From: Patescibacteria group bacterium
GTDB taxonomy: Bacteria > Patescibacteriota > Minisyncoccia > Phycocordibacterales > PALSA-1337
DNA length: 64,000 nt
Reading direction: 5' to 3'
Assembly: GCA_040388415.1 (NCBI GenBank)
Contig: JAZKBV010000002.1
Coordinates: 136,131 to 200,130, forward strand
The position numbers and the translations under genes were made by a program. The notes beneath the pieces were generated by a model. The model worked only from the letters and a program-made list of their open reading frames with translations, was not told the DNA's origin and did not search any database. Shown one piece after another: positions 10,052 to 19,464 of this stretch (position 1 is the stretch's first letter; every line of letters begins with the position of its first letter).

Positions 10052-11218
10052 ATGAAAACTCTCAACGATATATCTCATCTCTCCGGCGTCAAAGTGCTCG
10101 TCCGCGTCGATTTCAATGTTCCGATCAAAAATGGCATCATCGCCGATGATTATCGTATCCGCAAAGCGCTGCCAACGATAGAGTTTTTACGTTCACAGGG
10201 CGCGCGATTGATCTTGATCAGCCACATAGAAACCGCAGATGGACTCGCTCCAGACCAAAGCGAAGGGCCATCATTGGTTAAAAAGCCAACCCTAGCACCA
10301 GTATCTGCATATTTAGATAAAAAGGATATCCCTGTTATGTTCGTAAAAAACTTATCTGGAGCATTTGTTGCCAGCGAGCAACTCAAAGATGGGGAAGTTA
10401 TTCTGGTTGAAAATATCCGTGAAAATGAAGGTGAAAAAGAAAATGACAAAAAGTTCGCCAAACAACTTGCTACTCTCGCTGATATCTACGTGAACGATGC
10501 ATTTTCAGTTTCACACCGCGAACATGCATCTGTATGTGCCATCACTCATTTTTTGCCAAGCTATGCAGGACTTCAGCTTCAAAAAGAAGTTGAGAATCTC
10601 AGTTCAGCGTTCAATCCAAGCCACCCTTTTCTCTTTATTCTCGGTGGCGCGAAGTTTGATACCAAGCTCCCCTTGATCCATAAGTTTTTACAAACAGCAG
10701 ATACTATATTTATTGGTGGCGCTTTGGCGAATGATGCCCTCAAGGCAAAAGGCTTCAATATAGGCATGTCAAAAGTTTCAAAAGGCGACACGAATGTATC
10801 AAGTATTGTCAGTCAAGCCCAAGTGAGCATACCTGTAGACGTTATTATTCAAGATCATTCGATCAAAGGTGCGAGCGAAGTTGGCAACCTTGATGCGATA
10901 TATGATGCAGGACCAAAGACCATGGTTGAGCTCAAGAAAAAGATTGATGGTGCTTCGTTCATACTTTGGAATGGGCCACTCGGCCTATTTGAAAAGGGTT
11001 TCACTGATTCAACTACTAAACTCGCCGAGATGGTGGCCGAACGAACAACTGCCGGCGCCACATCGATGATCGGGGGAGGTGATACGCTTTCAGCAATATC
11101 AAAGCTCGGCATAGAAGATAAATTCACCTTCGTCTCAACGGGAGGTGGGGCAATGCTTGATTTCTTGGCGCAAGGAACTCTTCCAGGAATTGAGGCCTTG
11201 AATAATAGTAAGATTTAG
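10052..11218 (+). CDS. pgk: Phosphoglycerate kinase
   Basis: RVDFNVP, YVNDAFSVSHREHAS, WNGPLG, GGGDT, VSTGGGA. Confidence 0.97.
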   Translation: MKTLNDISHLSGVKVLVRVDFNVPIKNGIIADDYRIRKALPTIEFLRSQGARLILISHIETADGLAPDQSEGPSLVKKPTLAPVSAYLDKKDIPVMFVKNLSGAFVASEQLKDGEVILVENIRENEGEKENDKKFAKQLATLADIYVNDAFSVSHREHASVCAITHFLPSYAGLQLQKEVENLSSAFNPSHPFLFILGGAKFDTKLPLIHKFLQTADTIFIGGALANDALKAKGFNIGMSKVSKGDTNVSSIVSQAQVSIPVDVIIQDHSIKGASEVGNLDAIYDAGPKTMVELKKKIDGASFILWNGPLGLFEKGFTDSTTKLAEMVAERTTAGATSMIGGGDTLSAISKLGIEDKFTFVSTGGGAMLDFLAQGTLPGIEALNNSKI

Positions 11219-11223
11219 ATAAT

Positions 11224-11252
11224 AAAAAGACGACCACATACGGTCGTCTTTT
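11224..11252. terminator. Bidirectional terminator between pgk and the HIT gene
   Basis: AAAAGACGACC-acatac-GGTCGTCTTTT. Confidence 0.8.
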
Positions 11253-11625
11253 ATTTTATACAATCTCGAATTTTCTGTGCGTTTCCTTCAAAATCTTTTT
11301 TATCACCTTCTAGCTTTGATTGTGGGAGTATCGAAATATGAGCATGAGGAACCTCGTCGCCTCTCACGCCACTCCAGATAGCTTCTTCATTGAATGCTTT
11401 TTGTTGGGCCTTTGCGATTTTACCAGCAACTTCAAAATATGAACCGAGCATAGGCACATCCCATACCCAACGGTGGTGGTCTTTTGGAATAATGAGCACA
11501 TGTCCAACTGATACAGGGTGAATGTCCATGAATGCCATAAAGTTTTCGTTTTCATAGACGATGTGCGCAGGAATTTCTTTCTTCACTATCTTGCAGAAGA
11601 TGCAGTTGGGGTCGACTTTATTCAT
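11251..11625 (-). CDS. HIT family nucleotide hydrolase
   Basis: CIFCKIV, GHVLIIPK, VPHAHIS (histidine triad with the third His replaced). Confidence 0.88.
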   Translation of the reverse strand: MNKVDPNCIFCKIVKKEIPAHIVYENENFMAFMDIHPVSVGHVLIIPKDHHRWVWDVPMLGSYFEVAGKIAKAQQKAFNEEAIWSGVRGDEVPHAHISILPQSKLEGDKKDFEGNAQKIRDCIK

Positions 11626-11644
11626 GTGATTATTTTAGCATAAG

Positions 11645-11672
11645 AAAAAGACCAGCATCCAAAAGATGCTGG
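11645..11672 (-). terminator. Intrinsic terminator of the 11689-12153 gene
   Basis: CCAGCATC/GATGCTGG stem with an A-run on + (U-run on -). Confidence 0.7.
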
Positions 11673-11688
11673 CTTTGATGAGATAAGG

Positions 11689-12153
11689 TTAGATTTCAAA
11701 ATCTGGCTCAAGTTCGGTGTTGAGCGCAGCCCCAGCTTCTAACTTGCATTTATTATATAGCGCACGGAACTGACTACTAACCTCCATAAGTATGCTACAC
11801 CTTTTGTCGGCATAACTGACGCTCGAATGATCTTTTTTCCCAAATCGGTGAGATATCTCTCCTGTCGTACCGAGCCGATGAATCCAACAGAGGGACATAC
11901 CAATCATTCGCGCATTGGTGAATTTTTCGTTGCCTCGTTGTCCTGACTCGGTCAGATCTTTGAGGGTAACACGTGAATTTTCCGAGACAATTTTCTGGAT
12001 AATCAGAATCTTGTCACCCATTTTGACTGCGGGTTGAGGCACGATAGCTCCTTCGTAAAGCTGAGCGAGACGCAGTTGATCGACAGCTTTACTCAATTCA
12101 GCAACGATCTTTTCTAGTCGTTTTAAATCTGCAGTTTTATTCGTATTTTTCAA
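11689..12153 (-). CDS. Stand-alone DnaA domain IV (Bac_DnaA_C-like HTH) protein with N-terminal coiled coil
   Basis: ARMIGMSL...ISHRFGKKDHSSVSYA matches the DnaA C-terminal signature (PRQIAMYL...IG..FGGRDHTTVLHA); no AAA+ domain; TTG start with AAGGA upstream. Confidence 0.7.
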   Translation of the reverse strand: MKNTNKTADLKRLEKIVAELSKAVDQLRLAQLYEGAIVPQPAVKMGDKILIIQKIVSENSRVTLKDLTESGQRGNEKFTNARMIGMSLCWIHRLGTTGEISHRFGKKDHSSVSYADKRCSILMEVSSQFRALYNKCKLEAGAALNTELEPDFEI

Positions 12154-12180
12154 AGTTTATCCTTGGTTGAATTTTTTATG

Positions 12181-12209
12181 ATGATATAACATTTTAGACA
12201 TAGTGTCAA
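12181..12209 (-). promoter_or_regulatory. Sigma70-type promoter for the DnaA-domain IV gene
   Basis: On the minus strand TTGACA-17 nt-TATCAT. Confidence 0.7.
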
Positions 12210-12255
12210 ATAAAAACACCCCTCAAATGAAGGGTGGTGTTGTGTGCTCGGGCAA

Positions 12256-12900
12256 CTATTTTTTACCTGATGACTCCATGTCAAAGGCGCTGGCTATGAT
12301 GCGCAATGCCGTATGCGTGCTTTGCATGCACAGAAGCGCATAGGTCAATTCGGGATCGACCAACGCTGTGCGCTCATGCTTGTCCCATGTCGTCTCGTTT
12401 CTGTTTGAAAGATAACGATGCTCATAGAAGGCGACCTCGATCGCCTCCCAGTCGATATTTTTTTCTTTGAGCGGGAACATGACCGCAAGGTGCTGCGTGA
12501 CTTCGGGCGTCGCCGGTCCGCCAATGACGGATTCCATCCGGAATTTTTCTGGTGCCGCTTTTTTCACCATGAACTGCTGAGCGATGCTCACGATGGCACG
12601 AGCATTGGGACCCTTGGGATTGATGAAGTGATGCAGTTCTTCGATCTTGTCTTCTTTTTCCACAAAGATATTGATGTATTCGCGGATATGCCGATCAGTG
12701 CACAATGTGCGCATGACCGTTGTCGCTTGCGCAGTAAAGACTTTGTTGTTTGCGGCAAAGTGCGTTGCGGCATTTGCAGACAGGCTTGTTCTGGCAAGTT
12801 TGAGGGTATTATCAGCCTCCTCCAATGCTTTAAGCAATGCCTTTTGTTCGATATGCTCGGATAAAACCGGGCTCAGTGGGCTTCCACCGTCGTCTTTCAT
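12256..12900 (-). CDS. Hypothetical protein
   Basis: 214 aa ORF with AAGGA RBS-like site upstream and a terminator-like hairpin at about 12212-12241. Confidence 0.65.
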   Translation of the reverse strand: MKDDGGSPLSPVLSEHIEQKALLKALEEADNTLKLARTSLSANAATHFAANNKVFTAQATTVMRTLCTDRHIREYINIFVEKEDKIEELHHFINPKGPNARAIVSIAQQFMVKKAAPEKFRMESVIGGPATPEVTQHLAVMFPLKEKNIDWEAIEVAFYEHRYLSNRNETTWDKHERTALVDPELTYALLCMQSTHTALRIIASAFDMESSGKK

Positions 12901-13001
12901 GATGTTCCTTTCAATGTTGAGGGTTAATCTATAGCATTTGTACTCTCTTTATATCTATCAGTCAATACGGTCAAAAAATATCGCATGCTATACTTTTTTC
13001 T

Positions 13002-14765
13002 ATGCCGTACGCTATCCGACGAAGTATTTCCAATGATGAGCAGTCAAAGCTCGCTTCATTTTCGCCCGTACTCTCGCATCTCCTGTTTCATCGTGGTTTT
13101 GTCGATACTGATAGTGCGCAGGCTTTCATCTCTCCTGATTATGATCTGCATACGCATGATCCATTCTTATTGAAAGATGCAGAGAAAGCCGCCGAAAGAA
13201 TCGTTAAAGCAATTCAAAGTGACGAACGCATCGCAATTTATTCCGACTATGATGCTGACGGCATCCCTGGCGCAGTCATATGGAATGATTTTTTTACGCG
13301 CATCGGGTACAAGAATTTTTCGATATATATTCCGCATCGTCACAACGAAGGCTTTGGTCTCAATCTTGAAGCGATCGAACAGCTCGCGGGTGAAGGGGTG
13401 AAATTACTCATCACGCTTGATTGCGGCATCACCGATGTGAAACCTGTCGCATTGGCAGTGGAGAAGGGGATGGAAGTGATCATCACCGATCATCATGAAC
13501 CGCCAGCAGTTTTGCCACCAGCTTTTGCGATCATCGACCATAAGCAAAGCGATTGTATATATCCGGATAAAAATCTCTGCGGATCGGGGGTCGCATATAA
13601 GTTGATTCAAGCTGTTCTCAAGAAAGAACGTTTTGGACTTAAAGAAGGCGTCGAAAAATGGTTGCTCGATATGGTTGGTATCGCCACGCTCTCTGACATG
13701 GTTTCGCTCAAAGGTGAGAATAGAGTTTTTGCATACTATGGATTGAATGTGTTGCGCCAAAGTCCACGCAAAGGCCTGGTGCGCCTTTTAGAAAAATTAA
13801 AGATCCCACAGAAGCATCTCACTGAAGATGATATCGGTTTTATGATCACTCCGCGAATCAATGCAGCGTCGCGCATGGGTTTGCCGATGGATGCGTTTAG
13901 TTTGCTTTCTGCACAGACCGATGAAGATGCGCGAACGTATGCAGATCATTTGGATACGATTAATAATGAACGTAAAGGCGTCGTCGCTGCACTTTCAAAA
14001 GAGGTGAAGAAAATATTGCATGAACGCTATGGTGCAGATGAATCTCTCTTGCCGGGAGCGATCGTCCTCGGTAATCCTGAGTGGCGACCCTCGCTGTTGG
14101 GACTCGTGGCGAACACTTGCGCGGAGCAACTCAGACGTCCCGTTTTTTTGTGGGGTCGTGATGGTGATGGAGGCATCAAAGGATCATGTCGTTCTGAAGG
14201 TGTGTCGAGCGTCGTTGAGATCATGCGCGGTGTGCCGTCAGATGTGTTCATTAAATATGGAGGACATAAGCATTCGGGTGGGTTTGAAGTCAGTCATGAA
14301 CAGGTTCATTTTTTGGATGAACATTTGAATGAAGCACAGAAAAAGATACAAGATACAAAAACTAAGATACAAGAAACAAGTCACGAGCTACATGTAGCGA
14401 GTGATTCCAGTAATGATGACGTCATTGATATGGAGCTTTCGATCGATGAAGTAAATTGGACTTTATATAACGACATTGCCAAGCTCGCGCCTTTTGGTAT
14501 GGATAATCCAAAGCCGGTTTTTCTTTTTAAAAAAGTCGCGCCTGTCGCGCTCAAAATATTTGGTAAAACAAAGGAGCATGTCGAAGTTAGTTTTGCGAAA
14601 TCAAATGGTCAGAAGATTCCCGCTATCTCTTTCTTTGGCGCCAATGAGCAATGGGTAAAAGATTTTGTGCCAGGTAAGCCGGTTGATCTCGTCGCCTCTA
14701 TCGAGAAGTCTCTGTTCGCAGGGAGGACCGAGTTGCGGTTGAGGATTGTTGATATGTTAAAATAA
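13002..14765 (+). CDS. recJ: Single-stranded DNA exonuclease RecJ
   Basis: DYDADG, ITLDCG, ITDHH, PRINAASR, KGSCRS, GGH, LAPFGMDNPKP. Confidence 0.96.
   Translation: MPYAIRRSISNDEQSKLASFSPVLSHLLFHRGFVDTDSAQAFISPDYDLHTHDPFLLKDAEKAAERIVKAIQSDERIAIYSDYDADGIPGAVIWNDFFTRIGYKNFSIYIPHRHNEGFGLNLEAIEQLAGEGVKLLITLDCGITDVKPVALAVEKGMEVIITDHHEPPAVLPPAFAIIDHKQSDCIYPDKNLCGSGVAYKLIQAVLKKERFGLKEGVEKWLLDMVGIATLSDMVSLKGENRVFAYYGLNVLRQSPRKGLVRLLEKLKIPQKHLTEDDIGFMITPRINAASRMGLPMDAFSLLSAQTDEDARTYADHLDTINNERKGVVAALSKEVKKILHERYGADESLLPGAIVLGNPEWRPSLLGLVANTCAEQLRRPVFLWGRDGDGGIKGSCRSEGVSSVVEIMRGVPSDVFIKYGGHKHSGGFEVSHEQVHFLDEHLNEAQKKIQDTKTKIQETSHELHVASDSSNDDVIDMELSIDEVNWTLYNDIAKLAPFGMDNPKPVFLFKKVAPVALKIFGKTKEHVEVSFAKSNGQKIPAISFFGANEQWVKDFVPGKPVDLVASIEKSLFAGRTELRLRIVDMLK
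14343..14391 (+). repeat. Seven degenerate tandem 7-mers (AAGATAC-like) inside recJ
   Basis: aagatac aagatac aaaaact aagatac aagaaac aagtcac gagctac. Confidence 0.75.
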
Positions 14766-14784
14766 TATTCATCAACTAACATAT

Positions 14785-15504
14785 ATGAATAACACTGAAA
14801 CAAACATAACGATCTTCACTGACGGCTCGTCGAGAGGTAACCCTGGTCCGGGAGGATGGGGCTCAGTCGTCGTAGCAGGCGATCACGTCACTGAACTCGG
14901 TGGAGGAGATAAACATACAACGAACAACAGGATGGAACTCACTGCATGTATCGAAGGTATATCGCATACGCCAAAAGGTTCACACATTTTACTGAACACT
15001 GATTCGTCATATGTCATCAATGGCATCACCAAATGGATACATGGCTGGAAGAAAAATAACTGGATTACAAAAGCAAAAGAAGATGTTCTCAACAAAGATT
15101 TGTGGATGAAGTTGGATGCATGTGTGGCTGACAAGAAAGTCGAATGGAAATATGTCGGCGGGCATATCGGCATTCTCGGCAATGAGCGTTGCGATCATAT
15201 CGCTACTGCATGTGCTGATGGACGGACAATAAGTCTCTATAAAGGCGCACTCTCGCAATATGACCTTCCAGATATCTTGAACGTTTCACATAATGAAGCT
15301 GATTTAAAAAAGAAAAAATCGAGCTCATCAAAATCAAACGCAAAAGCGTATTCATATATCAGTATGGTTGGCGGAGTCATCGAAACTCACAAGACATGGG
15401 CGGAATGTGAAAAGAGAGTGAAGGGCATGAAGGGAACGCGATATAAAAAATCAATCAGTAGAGAAAACGAAGAAAACATCATTCGTGAATTTGGCGCGTA
15501 CTAA
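14785..15504 (+). CDS. rnhA: Ribonuclease HI with C-terminal hybrid-binding (Cauli_VI-like) domain
   Basis: FTDGSSRGNPGPGGW, TTNNRMEL, TDSSY, GNERCD; C-terminal TWAECEKRVKG..RYKK. Confidence 0.92.
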   Translation: MNNTETNITIFTDGSSRGNPGPGGWGSVVVAGDHVTELGGGDKHTTNNRMELTACIEGISHTPKGSHILLNTDSSYVINGITKWIHGWKKNNWITKAKEDVLNKDLWMKLDACVADKKVEWKYVGGHIGILGNERCDHIATACADGRTISLYKGALSQYDLPDILNVSHNEADLKKKKSSSSKSNAKAYSYISMVGGVIETHKTWAECEKRVKGMKGTRYKKSISRENEENIIREFGAY

Positions 15505-15592
15505 AATCTTTATCATTTTTTGAGTAGAACTTTATTATTTCTTGAGAAGTTTTTGATTAGAAATTTATCTTGACTTGGTAGGATGACTCTCG

Positions 15593-16984
15593 ATGAATCG
15601 AAGGGTCATTTTATTTTGGATGATTATCATTGGTGGTGCGACAGTTCGCATCATCACGTCTTTGAGCGTACCTGTGCCTGATATGGGAAATTGTGTGAAG
15701 CACGAAGTCCAAGGTCAAGGAACCATTACAACGGACCCATCATTTGCTGAGAGTGGTCAGGTGCTCGTCGTTGATGTAAAGCATATTTCACAAAAAGGAG
15801 CTGCTGAAAAAGAGTGTTCCCCGGATACTACTATCCGTATGAAGACGAAGTTGTATCCGCGATATCATTATGGAGATGAAGTCATTTTTTCTGGAAAATT
15901 ATCAGCACCATTTAATTTTAAAAGCGATACTGGTCGAGCATTCGACTACAAAGGCTATTTGGCAAAAGATGATATTTTTTATGAGATCAAAAGCGCGCAG
16001 GTCACAGGTGATACGGCTACCACAAATGCCACGAATGGGCATACGAATACCACAAATATATCGCAATGGATCACTTCAACTCTGTACAAGATTAAAAGAG
16101 GATTTGTGAATAATTTAAATCTGACTCTTGGTGAACCACATTCTGCTCTTGCTGCAGGACTAGTGGTCGGTGAGAAAAGTGCGCTCGGAAAAGATCTGCT
16201 CAATGATTTCAGAATAGTCGGACTTATTCATATCGTTGTCCTCTCTGGATTCAATATCACTATTGTTGCAGACGCCATGCGGAGGATGCTTTCTCGATTG
16301 CCCAGAGTGTGGGGAATAGTTATTGGTGGCATCGGGATGATTTTATTTGGTGTGCTCGTAGGGGGAGGTGCAACAGTGGTTCGTTCTTGTTTTATGGCAA
16401 GCGTGTCGCTCATCGCGCAGATCATCCGTCGCGATTATCACGTTGCACGCGCATTGATTTTTGCTGGTTGTCTCATGCTCATTCAGAATCCGCTTATTTT
16501 GCTTCATGATCCCTCATTTCAACTTTCATTCTTGGCGACGCTCGGTCTTATACTGCTCGCTACTCCAATGGAAAAATTCTTTTATTTTATTCCAGAAAAG
16601 TTCGGCATGCGCGGTATCTTCGCTGCGACATTCGCCACTCAAATATTTGTATCACCCTTCATTCTCTATATGATGGGGCAGATTTCTGTCATCGGCGTTG
16701 TCGCTAATATTCTGGTACTTCCTTTGATACCACTCACCATGCTCGTCGTGTTTCTTACTGGTTCGATCGGTCTGGTCTCAACGGCCGTTTCACAGATCTT
16801 TGGTTGGTGCGCGCATCTACTGCTCACTTATGAATTGCTCATCGTTGAGAGTTTCGCTCGAGTGCCATATGCGTCGCTGACATTCCCGCAGTTTTCAGGT
16901 TGGTGGGTCGTGGGGTTTTATGTGGTGTTTTTCAGTATCTATGGTGTATCTCTCAAATACATACGAAAGAATAATGGCTATTGA
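15593..16984 (+). CDS. comEC: ComEC/Rec2 competence channel (OB-like + competence domain, no MBL domain)
   Basis: FDYKGYLAK, GLIHIVVLSGFNI, SFQLSFLAT; multiple TM helices. Confidence 0.9.
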   Translation: MNRRVILFWMIIIGGATVRIITSLSVPVPDMGNCVKHEVQGQGTITTDPSFAESGQVLVVDVKHISQKGAAEKECSPDTTIRMKTKLYPRYHYGDEVIFSGKLSAPFNFKSDTGRAFDYKGYLAKDDIFYEIKSAQVTGDTATTNATNGHTNTTNISQWITSTLYKIKRGFVNNLNLTLGEPHSALAAGLVVGEKSALGKDLLNDFRIVGLIHIVVLSGFNITIVADAMRRMLSRLPRVWGIVIGGIGMILFGVLVGGGATVVRSCFMASVSLIAQIIRRDYHVARALIFAGCLMLIQNPLILLHDPSFQLSFLATLGLILLATPMEKFFYFIPEKFGMRGIFAATFATQIFVSPFILYMMGQISVIGVVANILVLPLIPLTMLVVFLTGSIGLVSTAVSQIFGWCAHLLLTYELLIVESFARVPYASLTFPQFSGWWVVGFYVVFFSIYGVSLKYIRKNNGY

Positions 16985-17045
16985 CGGCCAGGCATATATG
17001 AGCTACTTTTCAATAAAAGAACCAAACAACCGAATAGGATATATT

Positions 17046-17471
17046 ATGGAATTAATCGAAACCCCTCCGGTAGGTGGAGCTAGCCCGGCAGATTTGATTG
17101 CTAAGGAGCGTCAGTTGATTGATGCGATTGACGGACAAATAGCTGGCCTCCTCTGCAAAAGATACGGATGTGTCATTCGGGTCGGCGATATCAAGAAAAA
17201 GCATAGCCTGAATGTTTTTGATTCGACACGTGAAGCGGGTCAGATGGCTGCATTGATGAAAATCGCCCGCGAGCACGGTGTTCCAGCGAGCGTCGTCATT
17301 TTTCCATTCAGGATGATCATTAAAATATCACGCGCCTGCCAAGGCGAGAAGAAGGGTGGACGTATCGTCTCTCGTCATTGTCAGCTGTGCAGTTGGAAGA
17401 CGGCAGGTATCGATGATCCTAGCGGTAGCGATATTAGAGTCTGTCCCGTGTGTCGTATGCCACTCCTTTAA
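17046..17471 (+). CDS. AroQ-type chorismate mutase domain fused to a C-terminal Cys4 zinc ribbon
   Basis: RQLIDAIDGQIAGLLCKR...VGDIKK...VFDSTRE; C-terminal CQLC...CPVC; upstream promoter TTGACG-17-TACTTT at 16981. Confidence 0.72.
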   Translation: MELIETPPVGGASPADLIAKERQLIDAIDGQIAGLLCKRYGCVIRVGDIKKKHSLNVFDSTREAGQMAALMKIAREHGVPASVVIFPFRMIIKISRACQGEKKGGRIVSRHCQLCSWKTAGIDDPSGSDIRVCPVCRMPLL

Positions 17472-17486
17472 TTGTTCTTCAGTCAA

Positions 17487-17529
17487 TAAAAACAAAACCG
17501 CGCGCTCAGTGTCGAGTACGCGGTTTTTT
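17487..17529. terminator. Bidirectional terminator
   Basis: AAAACCGCG...CGCGGTTTTTT between convergent genes. Confidence 0.7.
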
Positions 17530-17553
17530 ATTGTATAGATAATATTAATCAAC

Positions 17554-18138
17554 CTACTTCTTCGCCCTCTTAAAGTTCTCTTCAATAACCTCCCAGTTCA
17601 AATTAGCAAAATAATCCTCGACATACTGCTTCTTTCCTGATGGCTGATAGTCTGCCACATATGAGTGCTCCCACATATCGATGGCAAGGATCATGTCACA
17701 GCCATTGAGTTCACCGAGGTGTTGCTCATCTATCCATGAGGCGAGGAGTCTCTGATCTTTTCTGTCATACCACATAACTGCCCAGCCGATACCGCGGGTG
17801 AGCGCAAGAGCTTTGAATCCAGCGAGCCATGTGTCGAATGATCCGCAGGTGTCTACGATTTCTTTTTTGAAAGCGCCGTCATCTGCAAGCGGAGTAGCGC
17901 CGCCCTCGAGAGATGAGAAATATATTTCGTGGTTGCGCATGCCGTTGTATTCAAAGCTGAAGCGACGACCGAGCTCGCCTATCACATAGGCGTCATCGCT
18001 GTATTTAGCCAGCGACTCCAGGATGCTATTGGCATTTTTGACGTAGCCAACATAGAGCTTGAGATGCTCCTCGATCGTCTTTGCGGTTATGCCCTTGAGC
18101 GCAGGGATGTTGAATGTTTTTGGGGTGAATTGTTTCAT
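17554..18138 (-). CDS. Fe/Mn superoxide dismutase family protein
   Basis: EHLKLY, NHEIYF, GIGWA, DMWEHSY metal-ligand motifs. Confidence 0.9.
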   Translation of the reverse strand: MKQFTPKTFNIPALKGITAKTIEEHLKLYVGYVKNANSILESLAKYSDDAYVIGELGRRFSFEYNGMRNHEIYFSSLEGGATPLADDGAFKKEIVDTCGSFDTWLAGFKALALTRGIGWAVMWYDRKDQRLLASWIDEQHLGELNGCDMILAIDMWEHSYVADYQPSGKKQYVEDYFANLNWEVIEENFKRAKK

Positions 18139-18236
18139 ATGATTTAGTTATTGCTAGTAAGTTCAGTTTACCATTTTTCATCGTTCCTTGAGAACTTTTT
18201 GATCAGTTCTTTATCTTGAAAAGATATGATGGATAC

Positions 18237-19136
18237 GTGAATTTATTTTCAAAAATATGGCTTAAATACTTTTTAGTTAGCGTGGTAATTCTCGCGGTCA
18301 TCGGCCTCTACATCTGGTCGATCAGCAGAGTGCCCACAAAACTCGAACTCTACGTTTTCAATACCAAAGGTAAACCGTCGATTTTCATCCGTACTCCACA
18401 AGATGAAAGAGTGCTTATAAATGGCGGTGCAAATGGCGATATTATTCGCTACCTCACCAAGGTCATTCCTTTTTATTCAAGACGGATAGATACGGTCATA
18501 CTTACAAATGATATTACCAATAATGTCACTGGTCTTATAGATATAGTTAATAGGTATAAAATCGGCTCAGTTATCATTCCCACACTCACAATGAGAGACC
18601 TGGGATCAGCTAGTTCTACGGATCAGATTTATGGTGCTTTTATTGACGCTGTTAATGCTCAGGGCATTTTAATTAAAGAAGTTACACGTGGAGACGAGTT
18701 GAATTTCTCTGGACTCAAGATTGAAATACTATTTCCGGTTTCTGTTAATGAATTTGCTTACTCAAAAGCATCAGGACCAGAGTTAGTTTTGAAAATATCC
18801 TATGGTAGCTGCTCTTTTCTATTGATAGGGGATGCGAGTACAAAGATTCAAAAATTTATCGTTCAAAATTCTTCTACAAATACATTAGCTGATTCATTAT
18901 CATCAAATGTCCTGATTATTCCTCATGGCGCATCAGCAAGCTCTCTTTCTTTGGATTTAGTAAATACAGTCCGACCAGAATTTATTGTCTACTCACAGTC
19001 TGTCGCGAGTGGAAAATCAACAAGTAAAAAAGTAGACCCGCTCTATATGATCCTCAAAGACCACCGTTTCAACATACAACAAAAAAACACCGTGAAGGTG
19101 TTTTCTGACGGAGAGTCCGTGCAAATACGCGAATAA
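18237..19136 (+). CDS. ComEC-type metallo-beta-lactamase-fold protein with degenerate metal site
   Basis: N-terminal TM helix, VLINGG, RRIDTVILT, SFLLIGDA, IPHG; the HxHxDH motif is replaced by TNDITNN. Confidence 0.75.
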   Translation: MNLFSKIWLKYFLVSVVILAVIGLYIWSISRVPTKLELYVFNTKGKPSIFIRTPQDERVLINGGANGDIIRYLTKVIPFYSRRIDTVILTNDITNNVTGLIDIVNRYKIGSVIIPTLTMRDLGSASSTDQIYGAFIDAVNAQGILIKEVTRGDELNFSGLKIEILFPVSVNEFAYSKASGPELVLKISYGSCSFLLIGDASTKIQKFIVQNSSTNTLADSLSSNVLIIPHGASASSLSLDLVNTVRPEFIVYSQSVASGKSTSKKVDPLYMILKDHRFNIQQKNTVKVFSDGESVQIRE

Positions 19137-19137
19137 T

Positions 19138-19383
19138 TTATTTGATGATACCTGCGTCGCGGAGAGCCTTGAATGGGCCTTTCTTCTGGATAGTACGGAG
19201 ACCGCGAGCTGAGACGACGAGAGGGAATGACTTTTTGAGTTCAGGAACGTAGATCTTCTTTTTCTGAAGATTTGGGTAACGGCGGATGTTGCCACAAGGG
19301 TTGAACTGAGTCGCACGAGTGCGGTTCGAGTATCGTCCCCCGACGACTGATCCTACTTTAGTTATTTGACAGATTCTGGCCAT
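19138..19383 (-). CDS. rpmB: 50S ribosomal protein L28
   Basis: MARICQIT...RRYPNLQKKKIY...VSARGLRTIQKKG. Confidence 0.93.
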   Translation of the reverse strand: MARICQITKVGSVVGGRYSNRTRATQFNPCGNIRRYPNLQKKKIYVPELKKSFPLVVSARGLRTIQKKGPFKALRDAGIIK

Positions 19384-19464
19384 ATAGTTTTCTTAAAAGT
19401 TGTGTCCGGACATCATAGCATTATTCCTATATTCTGCAAGTGCTGGTACAATAAGCGTCTACAT

